From Azolla caroliniana (taxonomy: Eukaryota; Plantae; Polypodiophyta): a stretch of DNA of 64,000 nt. The stretch is from the NCBI GenBank assembly GCA_043228905.1, contig JBHGNT010000027.1, forward strand, positions 429,058-493,057. The letters are read 5' to 3'. Every line of letters begins with the position of its first letter. Within the stretch, counting starts at the first letter, position 1. The translations under genes were made by a program, and so were the position numbers. Below are positions 36,559-48,221 of this stretch, piece after piece. Below the pieces are notes generated by a model, which worked only from the letters and a program-made list of their open reading frames with translations, had not been told where the DNA came from and made no database searches.

Positions 36559-37572
36559 GAACCCAGCAGAAAAGCCAGTAAAATAAGGAAAATTCAAAAA
36601 AGAAAAAAGAATACCCACTAGAAAGGATGCTAGTTGCTGTCTCTCACCTCTTCAGAGCGGCACCAGAAATCAAGCAAGAACCAGTATTATTCGTCACCTT
36701 ACTATGCGTCCCTTTGCCATTCTTTGCGATGGCGAAAGCGGCTCCAGATGAGAAAAAGAGCCCAGCACAGCCCTGGAATTTGGGCTTGATACACTGGGAG
36801 GTTATAAACAGTCACACCCGCAGAGAGCGGCTGGGCGGTAAGTTGGAGGGAGTTTTCTGCAACAACTTTAACTTTCGCAGCTAACAGAAATCTCCTCTGT
36901 CCTAGAAGATGACGTTAGATCAAACCTATGCTCTCAGGCGCTTCTAACGTCCTACAAAACCGAAATCAAGTCAACAACGCCGCAAGCAATTAGTGACCTC
37001 AGTTCAGCTAGCAGGAAATATGATACTGGGATAGGGTAGCAGGCACTATCGCGAGGCGCTCCCCTATCCCAATGGGACTACAGGAAAGTCCGCAATGCAA
37101 TATTGTGGAGAATGAATTAACCCCATTAAGGCAACCACGAAAGCATACCGCTTACGGTTTGATGAGTCTGATCTCGAGCGAGAATGAATTATCATTTTGT
37201 TCTGAGAATTCATCTGTTGGCTCAGCTCCTGGGGATGTAGAGGGCTAAAAGTAACAACAACTTGGTTATGGAAAATTGTCTTCAATTAAGTCATTTTTTA
37301 TCCTATACGTCGGGGCGGGGTCCGCCCCCTCCCACGCCAATTGAACCAGTTAAAGGGAAGACAAGATCGACCCTCAACCATGCTGCTTTTACGGCATGCT
37401 CTTCCTTTCTTCCTGTGCTTGTTCTCTTCAGTCTAAGCTACGTAACTCCTCCCTTCAGTCCAAACCTTCGTCCCAATTCGTAAGCCTTCGCTTGACCGCA
37501 GTCCCTCGGTAGAAATGGGTTTGGTTTTCCCATAGCCATGATCTGTAGCCATCCTTTGTCCTATTTGTCAGT

Positions 37573-37643
37573 TGCGGATAACGGGAGTCGAACCCATATC
37601 CTCTGCTTGGAAGGCAGATAATCTACCGTTAATCTATATCCGC
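37573..37643 (-). tRNA. trnG: tRNA-Gly(UCC), copy 2
   Basis: Identical to 8564-8634. Confidence 0.93.
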
Positions 37644-38054
37644 CTAAGTTTCGTTTCCGAAAGGAGGGGTATTATGAAGAAAGAGATCATTCCTATAATA
37701 CAAATCGGCCGAAGCGCGGGGCCTTCTATGCGCGCGCAAAGACTTTGCCCCGCTCAAGCACCTAGTAGAATGCGAGTGATGGATCATTTGTGTTCAATTC
37801 GTTTCATATACGATAATTCATGGAACGCTATCGATGAAAATTTTCTGTTCGTATCTCTCCAATTCAAGAGCAATCAAGCCAAACTGCAGAGCCACCATTC
37901 GACCCTGCCTCTACAGGTACAAAGAAGGATGTAGCGGGAAGGGAAAAGGGCCTAGAAAGAAAGTCTTATGTCCTTGCAGCAAGCAAGTCGCAGCAATGCA
38001 ATGAAGGCCTTCGCTTTGTCGTCGTCTTTCGATCTATACGTTTTTCGAACTCCA

Positions 38055-38087
<33 letters not shown>

Positions 38088-38438
38088 GCTTTAGGCTTTA
38101 GCGAGGTTCATGAAATCTCGAAGAAAGCAGCAAGCAGCTGGGGTCTTTGAATAGTTAACGTCTCACAGGTCATGAGGCGGCTCGAAAGTCAAAGAATGTA
38201 TATGATACTAACCGTACATTTTCCCTTCCCGCGCTGGTAGCTCAACTGTTAACCGCTTCATCCGCGATTGGTCTACGGTTTCAATCCCTTCATGCGCTTC
38301 ATGAAGAAGCGCTTCCTCCTCGCGCATAGCGCTTCATCCGGCCGGGCCGGGCCGGGCCGGGCCGGGCCGGCATTTACCCAACTTGGAATTAACTTCATCA
38401 AGTCAGTACAGTTAACGAAAGGACGCTGGCGCTTCCCT

Positions 38439-38660
38439 TTGAGATTCCCTCCAGCCACAGGTTCCCCTACGACTACCATGTTACGACTTCACCCCAGTCA
38501 CTGACCCAACCGTGATATGCGCCAAGAAGACCACCAATACCAAAATGGGCCACACTCAACTAGGCATGGAACACTTTAGTAATGGGTGATCTCTGGTCGA
38601 TGCTTCGGGCGAAACCAATTCCCAGGGTGTGACGGGCGGTGTGTACGGGGCCCGAGTACA

Positions 38661-38710
<50 letters not shown>

Positions 38711-39146
38711 TTCTCGAGTTGCAGAGAACAATCCGAACTGAGGCAATCTTTCTGGATTCGCTCCGCCTTACGGCCCTGCTTCCTATTGTAATTGCCATTG
38801 TAGCACGTGTGTAGCCCAGCCCATAAGGGCCATGCGGACTTGACGTCATCCTCACCTTCCTCCATAGTAGAACTACGGGCAGTCTCTTGTGAGTGCAACA
38901 TCGGCACAGAGGGAGTGTCATCAATCCTGGCTAACCGCTGACTGAACACAGATTCATGGGCAGGTACCGATGAAGCGGCTCACTTACCACCGGCTCGCTC
39001 GTCGGAACCTCAAGTTCGTCGGAAGCCAGCCCATGTTCTATGTTCCTGCTTGCCGAGGGTGAATGATGACATTGATCCTCTGGGAGCAGCATATCTTAGC
39101 AACACAAAACGAGGGTTTCGCTCGTTATAGGAGTTAACCAAAAACG

Positions 39147-39185
<39 letters not shown>

Positions 39186-39292
39186 ATGAATTTTCGTTTC
39201 ATCCCGTTAAGGACAAGCACACCGGTTCATATGTCAAGTGTTCATACGTCAAGTGTTCATATGTCAAGGGCTGGTAAGGTTTTGCGCGTTGT

Positions 39293-39325
<33 letters not shown>

Positions 39326-39445
39326 AGGCCCCCGTCAATTCCTTTGAGTTTCAGTCTTGCGACCGTACTCCCCAGGCGGAGTGTTTAACGCGTTAGCTGG
39401 GCCCCCGATCCGCGGACCAAGGACGAACACTCATCGTTTACGGCA

Positions 39446-39481
<36 letters not shown>

Positions 39482-39721
39482 AGCTTTCGCACCTCAGCGT
39501 CAGTAGAGACCCAGAAAGCTGCCTTCGCTACTTCGGCGTTCCTTCGTATATCTCCGGATTTTATCCCTACACACGAAATTCCACTCCCCTCTGTCCCACT
39601 CGAGTAAATTGGTTTTGAAAGCATTCCGCCAGTTGAGCTGGCGCCTTTGACTTTCAACCTGATTCACTGCCTACGTGCCCTTTACGCCCAGTCATTCCGA
39701 ATAACACTTGCCCCCCCCGTC

Positions 39722-39757
<36 letters not shown>

Positions 39758-39913
39758 CTTCTTCGAGTCTTGTCATAATCGCGTACTCGACGAAAGAGCT
39801 TTACAAGCGGCATTGCCCTTCCTCGCGTTAGCGACGTTTTTCACTCACTCACGCGATATTGCTGGATCGGGCTTTCGCCCATTGTCCGATATTCCCCACT
39901 GCTGCCTCCCTAC

Positions 39914-39951
<38 letters not shown>

Positions 39952-40059
39952 GTCCGAAAAGATCAGCTAAGCATCTGCGGCTTGGTCAGCCTTTACCCAA
40001 CCAACTACCTAATACTACGCAGGCTCATCAAACAGCGCTTTTTAGCTTTATCGAAAAGC

Positions 40060-40095
<36 letters not shown>

Positions 40096-40268
40096 AGCTG
40101 CTTTCGTTTCTTTGGGATTCGGCCCAAACTGTTTGGCAGATTCCCACGCGTTACGCACCCGTTCGCCACTTTGTCTTCAACTGTTCTATAGACGAAAACA
40201 ACGTTCGACTTGCATGTGTTAAGCATATCGCTAGCGTTCATTCTGAGCCAGGATCAAACTCGGTTTTT
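38439..40268 (-). rRNA. rrn18: Mitochondrial 18S rRNA, copy 2
   Basis: Matches 9430-11260 except for one deleted nucleotide near 38560. Confidence 0.97.
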
Positions 40269-40999
40269 TGGTCAATTTCTGCCATACGAGGCAGGTTGAT
40301 GAATTCATGTGCAATATTTGAATTTTGGTGTGACTCTTGGTTGGAGAAGGCCACACCACAGTTGGTCTCTTCTCCATAAGCCGGACCGCCAACGTCAAGG
40401 CGAGATCACATTGGTCCAGTCCCCGCATAGCCAGTGGAAGGGTGAGGTGCATCCACTCAGATAGCATGGGGAGGTCGAATGACTGCGGCCACGTCAATCC
40501 GCTTCTTTTCTTTTCTTGTTGGGCCGCTAGCAATTGTCTAGCTTCTGCGTTTAGTTTTTTTTTTCGCTCTCGAACGGTTACGATGAACCGGTGCATATGG
40601 CCGGAGAACCAACCTTTGGTTCGAGATGGATTCGGCCTTCCCTTACGTCATGTTCATGGCCTTGCATTCCAATGATCACTGCGCTTCACTTGGCTCCAGA
40701 GAGCAAGAAGGCCTAGCTAGAACAACAATCTCAGTGACAAAATTGACCTCGGCTAGAAGGTTACGTAAGTGAATTTCAGTCGGGCCAGCAGCAGTGTTCA
40801 CATGTTCATAGATGCTCCAATGAAAAAGCATAAACATCACGAAGCCCGTCTAAAGTTTAGTTTTTTTCTTCGCTGAAAAGCAGCAGCTCTCGATACACTG
40901 GTGCATATGGCCGGAGAACCAACCTTTGGTTCGAGATGGATTCGGCCGAAGGGAGTGAGAACCGGCGTGTTGGCATTAACAATCATGCTCTCATCTTTC

Positions 41000-41533
41000 G
41001 AATCAGTCGTTACGGGGTCAATGAGCTAGCTCGTAGCTACGAGAGAGATTCCCTAAGAACAAGGTGGTTCTGGAATACGAGATAAAGCAACGAGGACAGT
41101 GGGAACAAGACCTTTTGGTGGTGGGACCCTGGACTGTTTAAGTGTTGGTCCCGGGGCACCTATCCTGGCGCATTCTTGCTTGCTTGCTTGCTTGCTGAAC
41201 CCGGGTTGGCGTTAGCTAACCGCCTACCAAACTTGACCTGCTTTCATCTTGGGGCCTGACCCGCTTTATTCCTCGTCGTTGAGGGCGTGCTTGCTTGCTT
41301 GCTTGCTTGCTTGCTGGGGCACTCGACCGCAATAAAGGGAGAGAAGCTTTCACGACTTCCCACGGTGTGGCCATTACTCTCAAAGGGTAAGCTGGTTTCA
41401 CCGTTATGAGCCAGTTATTGAAAAAGCGTTCGCACGCTTGTGGGGCGAAAGGCCAGAGGAGGACTCCTTTTCCCTCTTCTTGTGGTCCTTCGGACTTCAA
41501 CAAAGGAACGGCGGAGTCGTAGCTCTTTGATTC
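41000..41533 (-). other. 5' part of a group I intron in rrnL (rrnLi825g1-like), copy 1; left end approximate
   Basis: rRNA homology stops after GGCTAGGGGT; candidate P1 AGGGGU/GUUCCU; P/Q/R-like elements ATAACGGTGAAAC, CACACCGTGGGAAG and CCCGTAACGACTGA; no 3' exon follows. Confidence 0.65.
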
Positions 41534-42543
41534 ACCCCTAGCCACGAGTCATCCCCGTATTTTGCCACATACGTGAGTTCGGTCCTCCAAGGCCTCTGTG
41601 GAGAGCTCGATTCAACCTGCTCGTGGCTAGATCAATCGGTTTCGGGTCAAATAGAAACAACGCCGAAGATTCAACCTCGTTGCGCCTACACCTAATGGCT
41701 TAAGCCGCTGTTCCCATTCACTCGCTGACCCATTATGCAAAAGGTACGCCGTTAGGGTGGAAAGTGCTAAAGCGAGAGCCGACAACGCGAAGCTTCGCTC
41801 AAGGGTTCGCGTATGCGAACATTAGTGGCTTTGCCTCCGAAAGCTACAGCGCTTTCTCAGCTTCGCGTATGCGTTCCATCGAACATTAGTGGCTTTGCCG
41901 CATTTTCTCAGCTTCGCTCTTCCGACTGATAGTTTGCATCGGATTTCAGGTTTTCTATTGCACTCCCGGCATACGGCGGGGTCTTTTCACTTTTCCCTCA
42001 CGGTACTTGTGGTACGCTATCGGTCATTGAGGAATACTTAGGCGCGGGGGTGGTCCCCCTTAGTCACGTAAAGCGATCATTATTCAAACACGGTATCCGC
42101 GTTTTGTAATGGTAATCAAACTTGCCAGGAAAGATCTACGGGGCTATCACCTTCTTTGGCCAGATCTTCCAACCTTTTCAGAATTCCTTGAGGAAGGGTT
42201 CCCACCCTTCCCTCTACTGCAAGTTCTCCCCCGCACGGGGCCAGGGAAAGCGGCCCTTCTGGGCTGGGGCCCCTTCCCTTTTCTTTGCCTAATCCGCTTT
42301 CGCTCGCCGCTACTAACGGAGTCTCAGTTGATTTCCTTTCCTTTAGCTACAATGATGTTTCAGTTCGCTAAGTTTCTCAAGTCCGAGGCAGAGCCGCAGC
42401 ACACGGCATGCCCGGCAAGCTTGGATACGGTTTCCCGATTGGAAACCCATGGATCACAGACGGTATCTCCCCATGGCCTTTCGCCTTTGGAAGCGTCCTT
42501 CCCTCTCAATGCCCAGGCATCCATCCAATGCATTCTTTTCGAT
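41534..42543 (-). rRNA. rrn26: Mitochondrial large-subunit (26S) rRNA, 5' segment only, copy 1
   Basis: GAATGCATTGGATGGATGCC, GAACTGAAACATC, CCGTTAGTAGCGGCGAGCGAAA, CAAGTACCGTGAGGGAAA, CGTACCTTTTGCATAATGGGTCAGCGAG and GGGGATGACT.GTGGCTAGGGGT. Confidence 0.93.
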
Positions 42544-42621
42544 GCAGTAGGAGTTGAACCTACCGAACACCGTACAAAATCTTAATGAGTGTTCTGCGAT
42601 CGCCACTCAACCTGTGACTGC
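42543..42621 (-). pseudogene. Degenerate tRNA-Met(CAU)-like element abutting the rrnL 5' end (also 60616-60694)
   Basis: GCAGTCACAGGTTGAGTGGCGATC...CACT-CAT-...GTAGG-TTCAACT-CCTAC-TGCA: intact T arm, shortened acceptor 3' strand. Confidence 0.5.
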
Positions 42622-42843
42622 TTAAAACCGAGACAAAAAGAAGCCCGCATAGATTATTATACAATAATCTTCGGACGTTTGTAAAATGCGGAAGAAGCGC
42701 GGAAAGAATTGGTCGAGTACTTGGACAGAGGATTCATTGTTTCGACGAAAACGTCTACCAAATGACCCTGCATCCTCTGTTTTTTCCTTTACGCTCTTGA
42801 GTTCTCTTTCCGTGCTGTGCGATACGAAGTTTGTACAATCCGC

Positions 42844-42881
<38 letters not shown>

Positions 42882-43166
42882 AAGGGCTTCGTCCTTCCTC
42901 CTTTCTTAGCGTCTCGTTTAACTAAACACTTTAGATTTCCCTGACAAGTTCCCTAGCTCTCTCGAGCGTAAGAGTTGAGGAACAGATTTTCCGATAATGC
43001 ATGCCAGCCAGGGATTTACGCATCATTGGTATTGTGTGTTTACCGTTCTAATCTGTCTTCACATCCATAGCTTGCTTTTTTGCGTTGTCGTACGCCTTTT
43101 CATTGTTTCTGGCTGATATCAGATTCGCATCTGACCTTTAGGCAATCGCATATACGATTTGAAAGG

Positions 43167-43284
43167 GTCCGGGCTGTCGAACCACGTCTCCCGAAAATTA
43201 TCAGTACATATGGCAGAAAACGCTTTTCACATATCGAGGTCGGAATGGGATCGGGTGTTTCACGTCTTACAAAGATGCCCGGAC
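43167..43284 (-). rRNA. rrn5: Mitochondrial 5S rRNA, copy 1
   Basis: CCGGGCA...AGACGTGAAACACCCGATCCCATTCCGACCTCGATATGTG...CCATATGTACTGA...TTCGGGAGAC...GCCCGG. Confidence 0.93.
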
Positions 43285-43346
43285 GGAACGAAACGCTTGA
43301 TTAATGAACAAAAGAGTGCTAACGACAAAAGCGGCGGGCGCCGAAC

Positions 43347-43383
<37 letters not shown>

Positions 43384-43835
43384 GGAAAGTGCAAATACAG
43401 CTGGTACTTAGCCTTCGATCGCTACCAACCTCACAAGGATGTCATCAATTCGCAGGTGGTTATTAAGTAAAAAGTGTAATATAAATGGCTACCAAACCAA
43501 AGTTCTTCTTTTGAACTTTCAAGAAGGCCTGAATATTCATGGATTATTATACGATAATCTTTAATGCGGCTCAGATTGCGGAAAGAATTGAATGCTGGAA
43601 TTTCGAAATTCCGTTGGTAAAATTCAGAAGGATCATGCAAGAAGGCAATATCATCTTCTGGCCATAATCTGCGAATCCAGCAAAGCAAAGCAAAGCAGCA
43701 CTTTTCTTTTCACTTTAAACCGAGCCGGCGGCAATCTTGATGAATCACTGGCAAGAAGATGCTTTGCACTTTTCTTTCCACTTTAAAGCAGCAATCTTTT
43801 CACTCGGAAATGGCAAAAGAGCTTGGAAGAAGAAT

Positions 43836-43906
43836 AGGCTAGGGACGGAGTCGAACCGTCATTCCAGGATTTGCAGTCCAATACATTGCCATTATGTTAC
43901 CCAGCC
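43836..43906 (-). tRNA. trnC: tRNA-Cys(GCA), copy 2
   Basis: Identical to 12160-12230. Confidence 0.93.
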
Positions 43907-44112
43907 AGCAGAACGTTTTTCCCGCTTAAATGAAGAGAGGCGGGACTCTCATTTAAGGGGGGTGACCTTAGGCCACCCTTTGAAATAATCTAAAGCCTTA
44001 CAATCAATTTCTGCGATGCCATAAAATGTGAACCAACGACAACGATTTTGGGCAAAATAAGAATTAGTGATTGAAAAAGACCCGCAGCTTGCTTGTGAAG
44101 CCGACCAGCGTA

Positions 44113-44263
44113 CTGCCAACACGACTTGTTTATGCCTATTAAAGAACCTTTTAATGCTAATTCACAGAAAACTATACGAAGCATACAAAATAACTAATAT
44201 ACGAAACGGAAGCGACCGATGGAAATACGTCAGTTTCTTACTCATGTAAATAAACTATTTCTT
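44113..44263 (-). pseudogene. rps14: 5'-truncated rps14 exon 2 fragment directly downstream of rps1
   Basis: Identical to 12437-12587; junction at 44263. Confidence 0.8.
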
Positions 44264-44314
44264 GCTGCTGTTGGTGCTTAGGAAGAGACTGCTGGTTAGG
44301 GGGCGGCTTTCGAT

Positions 44315-45036
44315 TCAATGGTGCTTTTTCTTTTCTGAAACTAGCGCAGCACGAATCTCTTCTTTTACCGCAATATTACGCTTTATTGGGTTCGTGTTCA
44401 GAATTCTGGATGTCCTACTTCTGCAGAATGTCTCATTTCTGCTTCTGCGAAACTTTAGACCTTTGTTTCCAAATTTCCCACTTCTGCTTTTATTCTTGTG
44501 GAACCTAAATTTTCTACTTTTGTAAAATTTCTTCTTTTTGTGGAACCTCTCACTCTCATTTTTGCGAAAGGGACTCCTGAAAAGGAAAGCCACGAACCCT
44601 GCAGTAACTGCGGCATACCCACCCTTCATTAAATTGAAAATCAACCCTTTGACCTTGTCGCGGTCACGCCAAATCTTGGTTAGTTCAATCCGAACTATTT
44701 TCTTGTTCAATGGTTTTGACAAAATAATTTCCGGTTTACGTGGTTCTGGCAAAATAATTTTTGGTTCACGAAGCTCTTCCACTTTTTCCAGATTCGAATC
44801 TTCGATCCCAACAGAATTAAACTTTGCTTACTTGGTGATTGGCGCTCTTGCTGTCACTTCATGTTTTAAAAGGATTACAGGAGTTTTCAGTCCTGTATTC
44901 ACCAAGATCATATTCTGCGGGTGTAACAGTTTGATTAAACCTCTGTCCCCATCATGACTTTTGTCCCTGTATTATAATGGTTTCACTGAATATTATAGAG
45001 CGCCTTCACGTAGTAAAGTGGGACTAGAATTATACA
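44315..45036 (-). CDS. rps1: Ribosomal protein S1, exon 2
   Basis: LVNTGLKTPVI, ELTKIWR...KVKG.I.N.MKGGYA...AGFVAFL; phase fits exon 1. Confidence 0.88.
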
Positions 45037-45194
45037 GTTAACCTAAGCCGCACCATTACTGCTGGGGCTTGGCTCCCGAACCGTGCATGAGCTATAGGCC
45101 TCACACGGCTCTTCCCGTCATGCTGGCATCTCCTCCCCGTATTTAGCTATGACGGAAGGCGTTTCGAGTTATGGTATGATTTCACTCCAAATTG

Positions 45195-45225
<31 letters not shown>

Positions 45226-45832
45226 TTAGGACGGTGATTTAACGCGAGTTTGAATACCTTACGTATGATTCGCTGTCATCTACGATCCAATTTGAAGAAG
45301 TTAATGGGTCCCCGTGTCAGCTCTGGAGCTTGGTGAAGAATCCTATTTCCAAGAGCATACAGCCTGGCGGGCCTTCCGTTTCCGGAGCTTCATGGGCGTT
45401 GCCCCGTTCCCCAACCAGATGCTTGGATGTGAGCTATACTCCGTAAGGGATGCCGCGAGCGTAGATGGTCTGTCTCAGACAGAAGAGCCATCGATAACTT
45501 ACTTTTCTCGGGCGTCAAGGGATGCTCAATGACAATCCCCAAGTTGTCACTGCCTTGCTCCCTCCCGCTATTACGATAACGAGTCCCGTGGTCAGCACCG
45601 TCGATTGGGCCACGAAGCTTACACTCATTCATTGTTCGTCCTGCGCCCCGGGCCTTTTGCTTTTGCAGTTTCGAAGGTAGCCGCCCTTCCATCAAGGCCT
45701 GGGAGTCAACTGAACATCTCAGCTACTGGCGGAAAAGATCGGCGATCTCTTTTTGTCCGCTTTTGGTTGAAGTTCACGTTATTAATAGCGTGAGCCGTTT
45801 TGCAGATATTGCTTAGGGCTAACAGATCACAC
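45037..45832 (-). other. Group II intron rps1i25g2 (paralog of rpl2i846g2)
   Basis: Inserted after 25 coding nt; 5' GTGTGATC; domain V/VI nearly identical to 21667-21744. Confidence 0.9.
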
Positions 45833-45857
45833 TGGGGAATAATTAACCAAAGCTCGT
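45833..45857 (-). CDS. rps1: Ribosomal protein S1, exon 1 (ACG>AUG start)
   Basis: ACG AGC TTT GGT TAA TTA TTC CCC A = (M)SFG(Q)LFP; 25 nt. Confidence 0.85.
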
Positions 45858-47423
45858 TCTGCTTTCTCTTATTCTTGTTCTGTTTCTCGTTTCGAGGTCT
45901 GTTTCTAATATCTATGGGAGTTTGTGAGAGGTCCCTCAGGTGAAAGCAGCTTACATGGGAATGAAAGGGATCCTCTTAGCGGCATCTCTAGTAAGAGATG
46001 AAGCTAGGAGGTGGGCTGTCTAGTCCCTTAGCCTTCACCGAACCCATTATGCTCAGATGCATACAAAGGCTTATGGTTCCTGGCGAACTTAACACCCGAG
46101 GCCAAACCTCGCCTCGAATGTAGGAGCTGCTATAAGTCACTTTATATAGAGACCTTCTTTCAGGGATCAAAAGGCCCCCACGACTCAAGCAGTTGGATGG
46201 TTGGATGGGGTGTTCTAAGACCTTTTTCATAGCGTCATACTACCCATACACGATTCCAAATCGGAATCTTTCCCGTCGCTACCGTCTTCGGTGGGTTAGG
46301 GGAGGTGGAGATCGGGCTCGGAAAAGATCCAGAACAGGGTCTCCTCTAATCAATCCCGAACAAGTTCTCGAAGCTGTAATCTTACGTAATGTCGTGTGAT
46401 CAATTCAAGAACCGCTTCTGTTCTGCGCCGATAATCTCAGGATCGCCGCACATTGTTTCTAGTTCGGAGAGAGACACGATCGCCTCTCCTTTCTCCAAAA
46501 TCGATAGATACTGCCCCCGTAACCTCAGAGGCGAATTTTGCCATATACCCAACCCTAACCATGGGAAGGTTTCAGAACTGAGCAAACCAAGGTTCCCATC
46601 CCAAGGCGGCAGAGGTAAAACACCTGCTTGCTTGCTTGCTTGCTTGCTGGGGATGTTAGAACCAACCAGTGCCGATGAACCGGTTCATCATGAAGGCCGG
46701 CCCGGCCCGGCCCGGCCCGGCCGTTTTCACGCATGAGGAGAAAGGTAGCCTTCTACCGCCCGCCGCCGAGAGAGCACCTCACGCGAAACCCGCTCCGCAA
46801 CAACAAAGTCGAGCTAATTCGCCGAAGGCCTCTCGGAACTCAGAGAATCTGCAGAACAAGGGAACGGTCTGAGAAGTCACCTTAGCACTGCTGACGAGAG
46901 AGAATGATACCGAGGAAAGGAAAGGAAAGGAAAGGAAAGGAAAGGAAACATTTCTCCCTTTCCAGGAGAATCGGGGGGCGGGCAGATTCCAAGCTAACGA
47001 CCGAGATGAAGGAAAATAAAAATGGGAAAGGGTAGTAAGTGGGAAACAGGAGGAATGGATGATGATGGAACGGTGATGTATCAGATAAGGTGGACCAGCG
47101 CTGATAGACAACGGAGAGTAGAACCTGAACCCGACTCTATCGTTGGGTATTCGACCCCTGAACCTTTGGCCGGGTACTCATCTAATGCATTCCGAAAAAT
47201 ACAGTAGGAATTGGACCTACCGAGCACCGTATAGAATCGTAAAAGGAAGACAACTAGGTGATTCGTCGAGCCCCAACCGGCCGGATCCCCTGCCCTTGAT
47301 GTTATAAGCCCACCTTCAAAGCAAAGCTGGCCCGCTGAACCCCACAACGTCAGGCTTTTCAACCAGTCAAGTTTCCATTGACCTGCATTCTGCTTGGGGA
47401 AGGGCAAGGCCCATACCTTGTTG

Positions 47424-48221
47424 TCATAAGCCCCCCCACCAATAGATAGGGACAGATGGAAATGACCGAACCACGTCCACAGAATGCCGGTACCGAGCAG
47501 CTGCTTCGAAGCCGAAGTGATGCGAAGGACTAAAATGACCTATATATTAACAAATACCGCGTATCGTCGAGAGAATGGTCCCTGTAGTAACGTAGGACCC
47601 ATAAGACCCGATGGCTAAGAGGAAAGTAAAACCATAAATACCGTCGGAAATGATGAAGAGTGCTTCGTAATATTCCATTCCCTAAAACCCGGTGGGAACT
47701 GGAGCCAGCCGAACGATAGCTACTAAAGCGTGAACCGCTTATTATTTTAAACCTGCGAGTATGGCATGATGAGCCCAAGTCACGGCAGCTCCAGAGGAAA
47801 GGAGAATAAGGGTATTTAGAAAAGGGATTCCCCAGGGATTTAAAACCTCAACTCCTTTGGGGGGCCGAATAGCTCCGATCTCTACCGCGAGTGCCAAAGA
47901 TAAATAAAAGAAAGCCCAAAAAAAGGCTAGAAGAGACATAACCTCCGAGACGATAAACAAGAGAAAACCGTAGCGAAGCCCTAATTATACCACTTTGGTA
48001 TGACGTCCTTCGTAAGTAAATTCACATGTAACATCGCGCCGCCATACAAACATGGTGTATAAGATCAAGCTTAGGCCTAAAGTGAGGAGTGTTCCGTCTC
48101 CCGCGAATGAATGCATATACATAACAGCACCGATGGTGCTTGCTAAGGCTCCGAGTAACCCCAGGAGAGACCATGGACTTGAATCCACCGGATGATAGGG
48201 ATGCTCTTAGGAGACACTCGT
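47424..48221 (-). CDS. cox3: Cytochrome c oxidase subunit 3 (ACG>AUG start)
   Basis: HPYH.VD.SPW, VMYMHSF, EG.HTKVV(Q)[44 protein letters not shown] and IYWWGG; 265 codons. Confidence 0.95.

Larger units (their letters stand above)
35411..40548 (+). repeat. Direct repeat R1, copy 2
   Basis: Matches 6402-11540. Confidence 0.95.
40322..44263 (+). repeat. ~3.9-kb direct repeat R5, copy 1 (rrnL 5' part, rrn5, trnC); copy 2 at 58395-62336
   Basis: Identical ORF track at offset 18073; overlaps R1 and R3. Confidence 0.95.
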
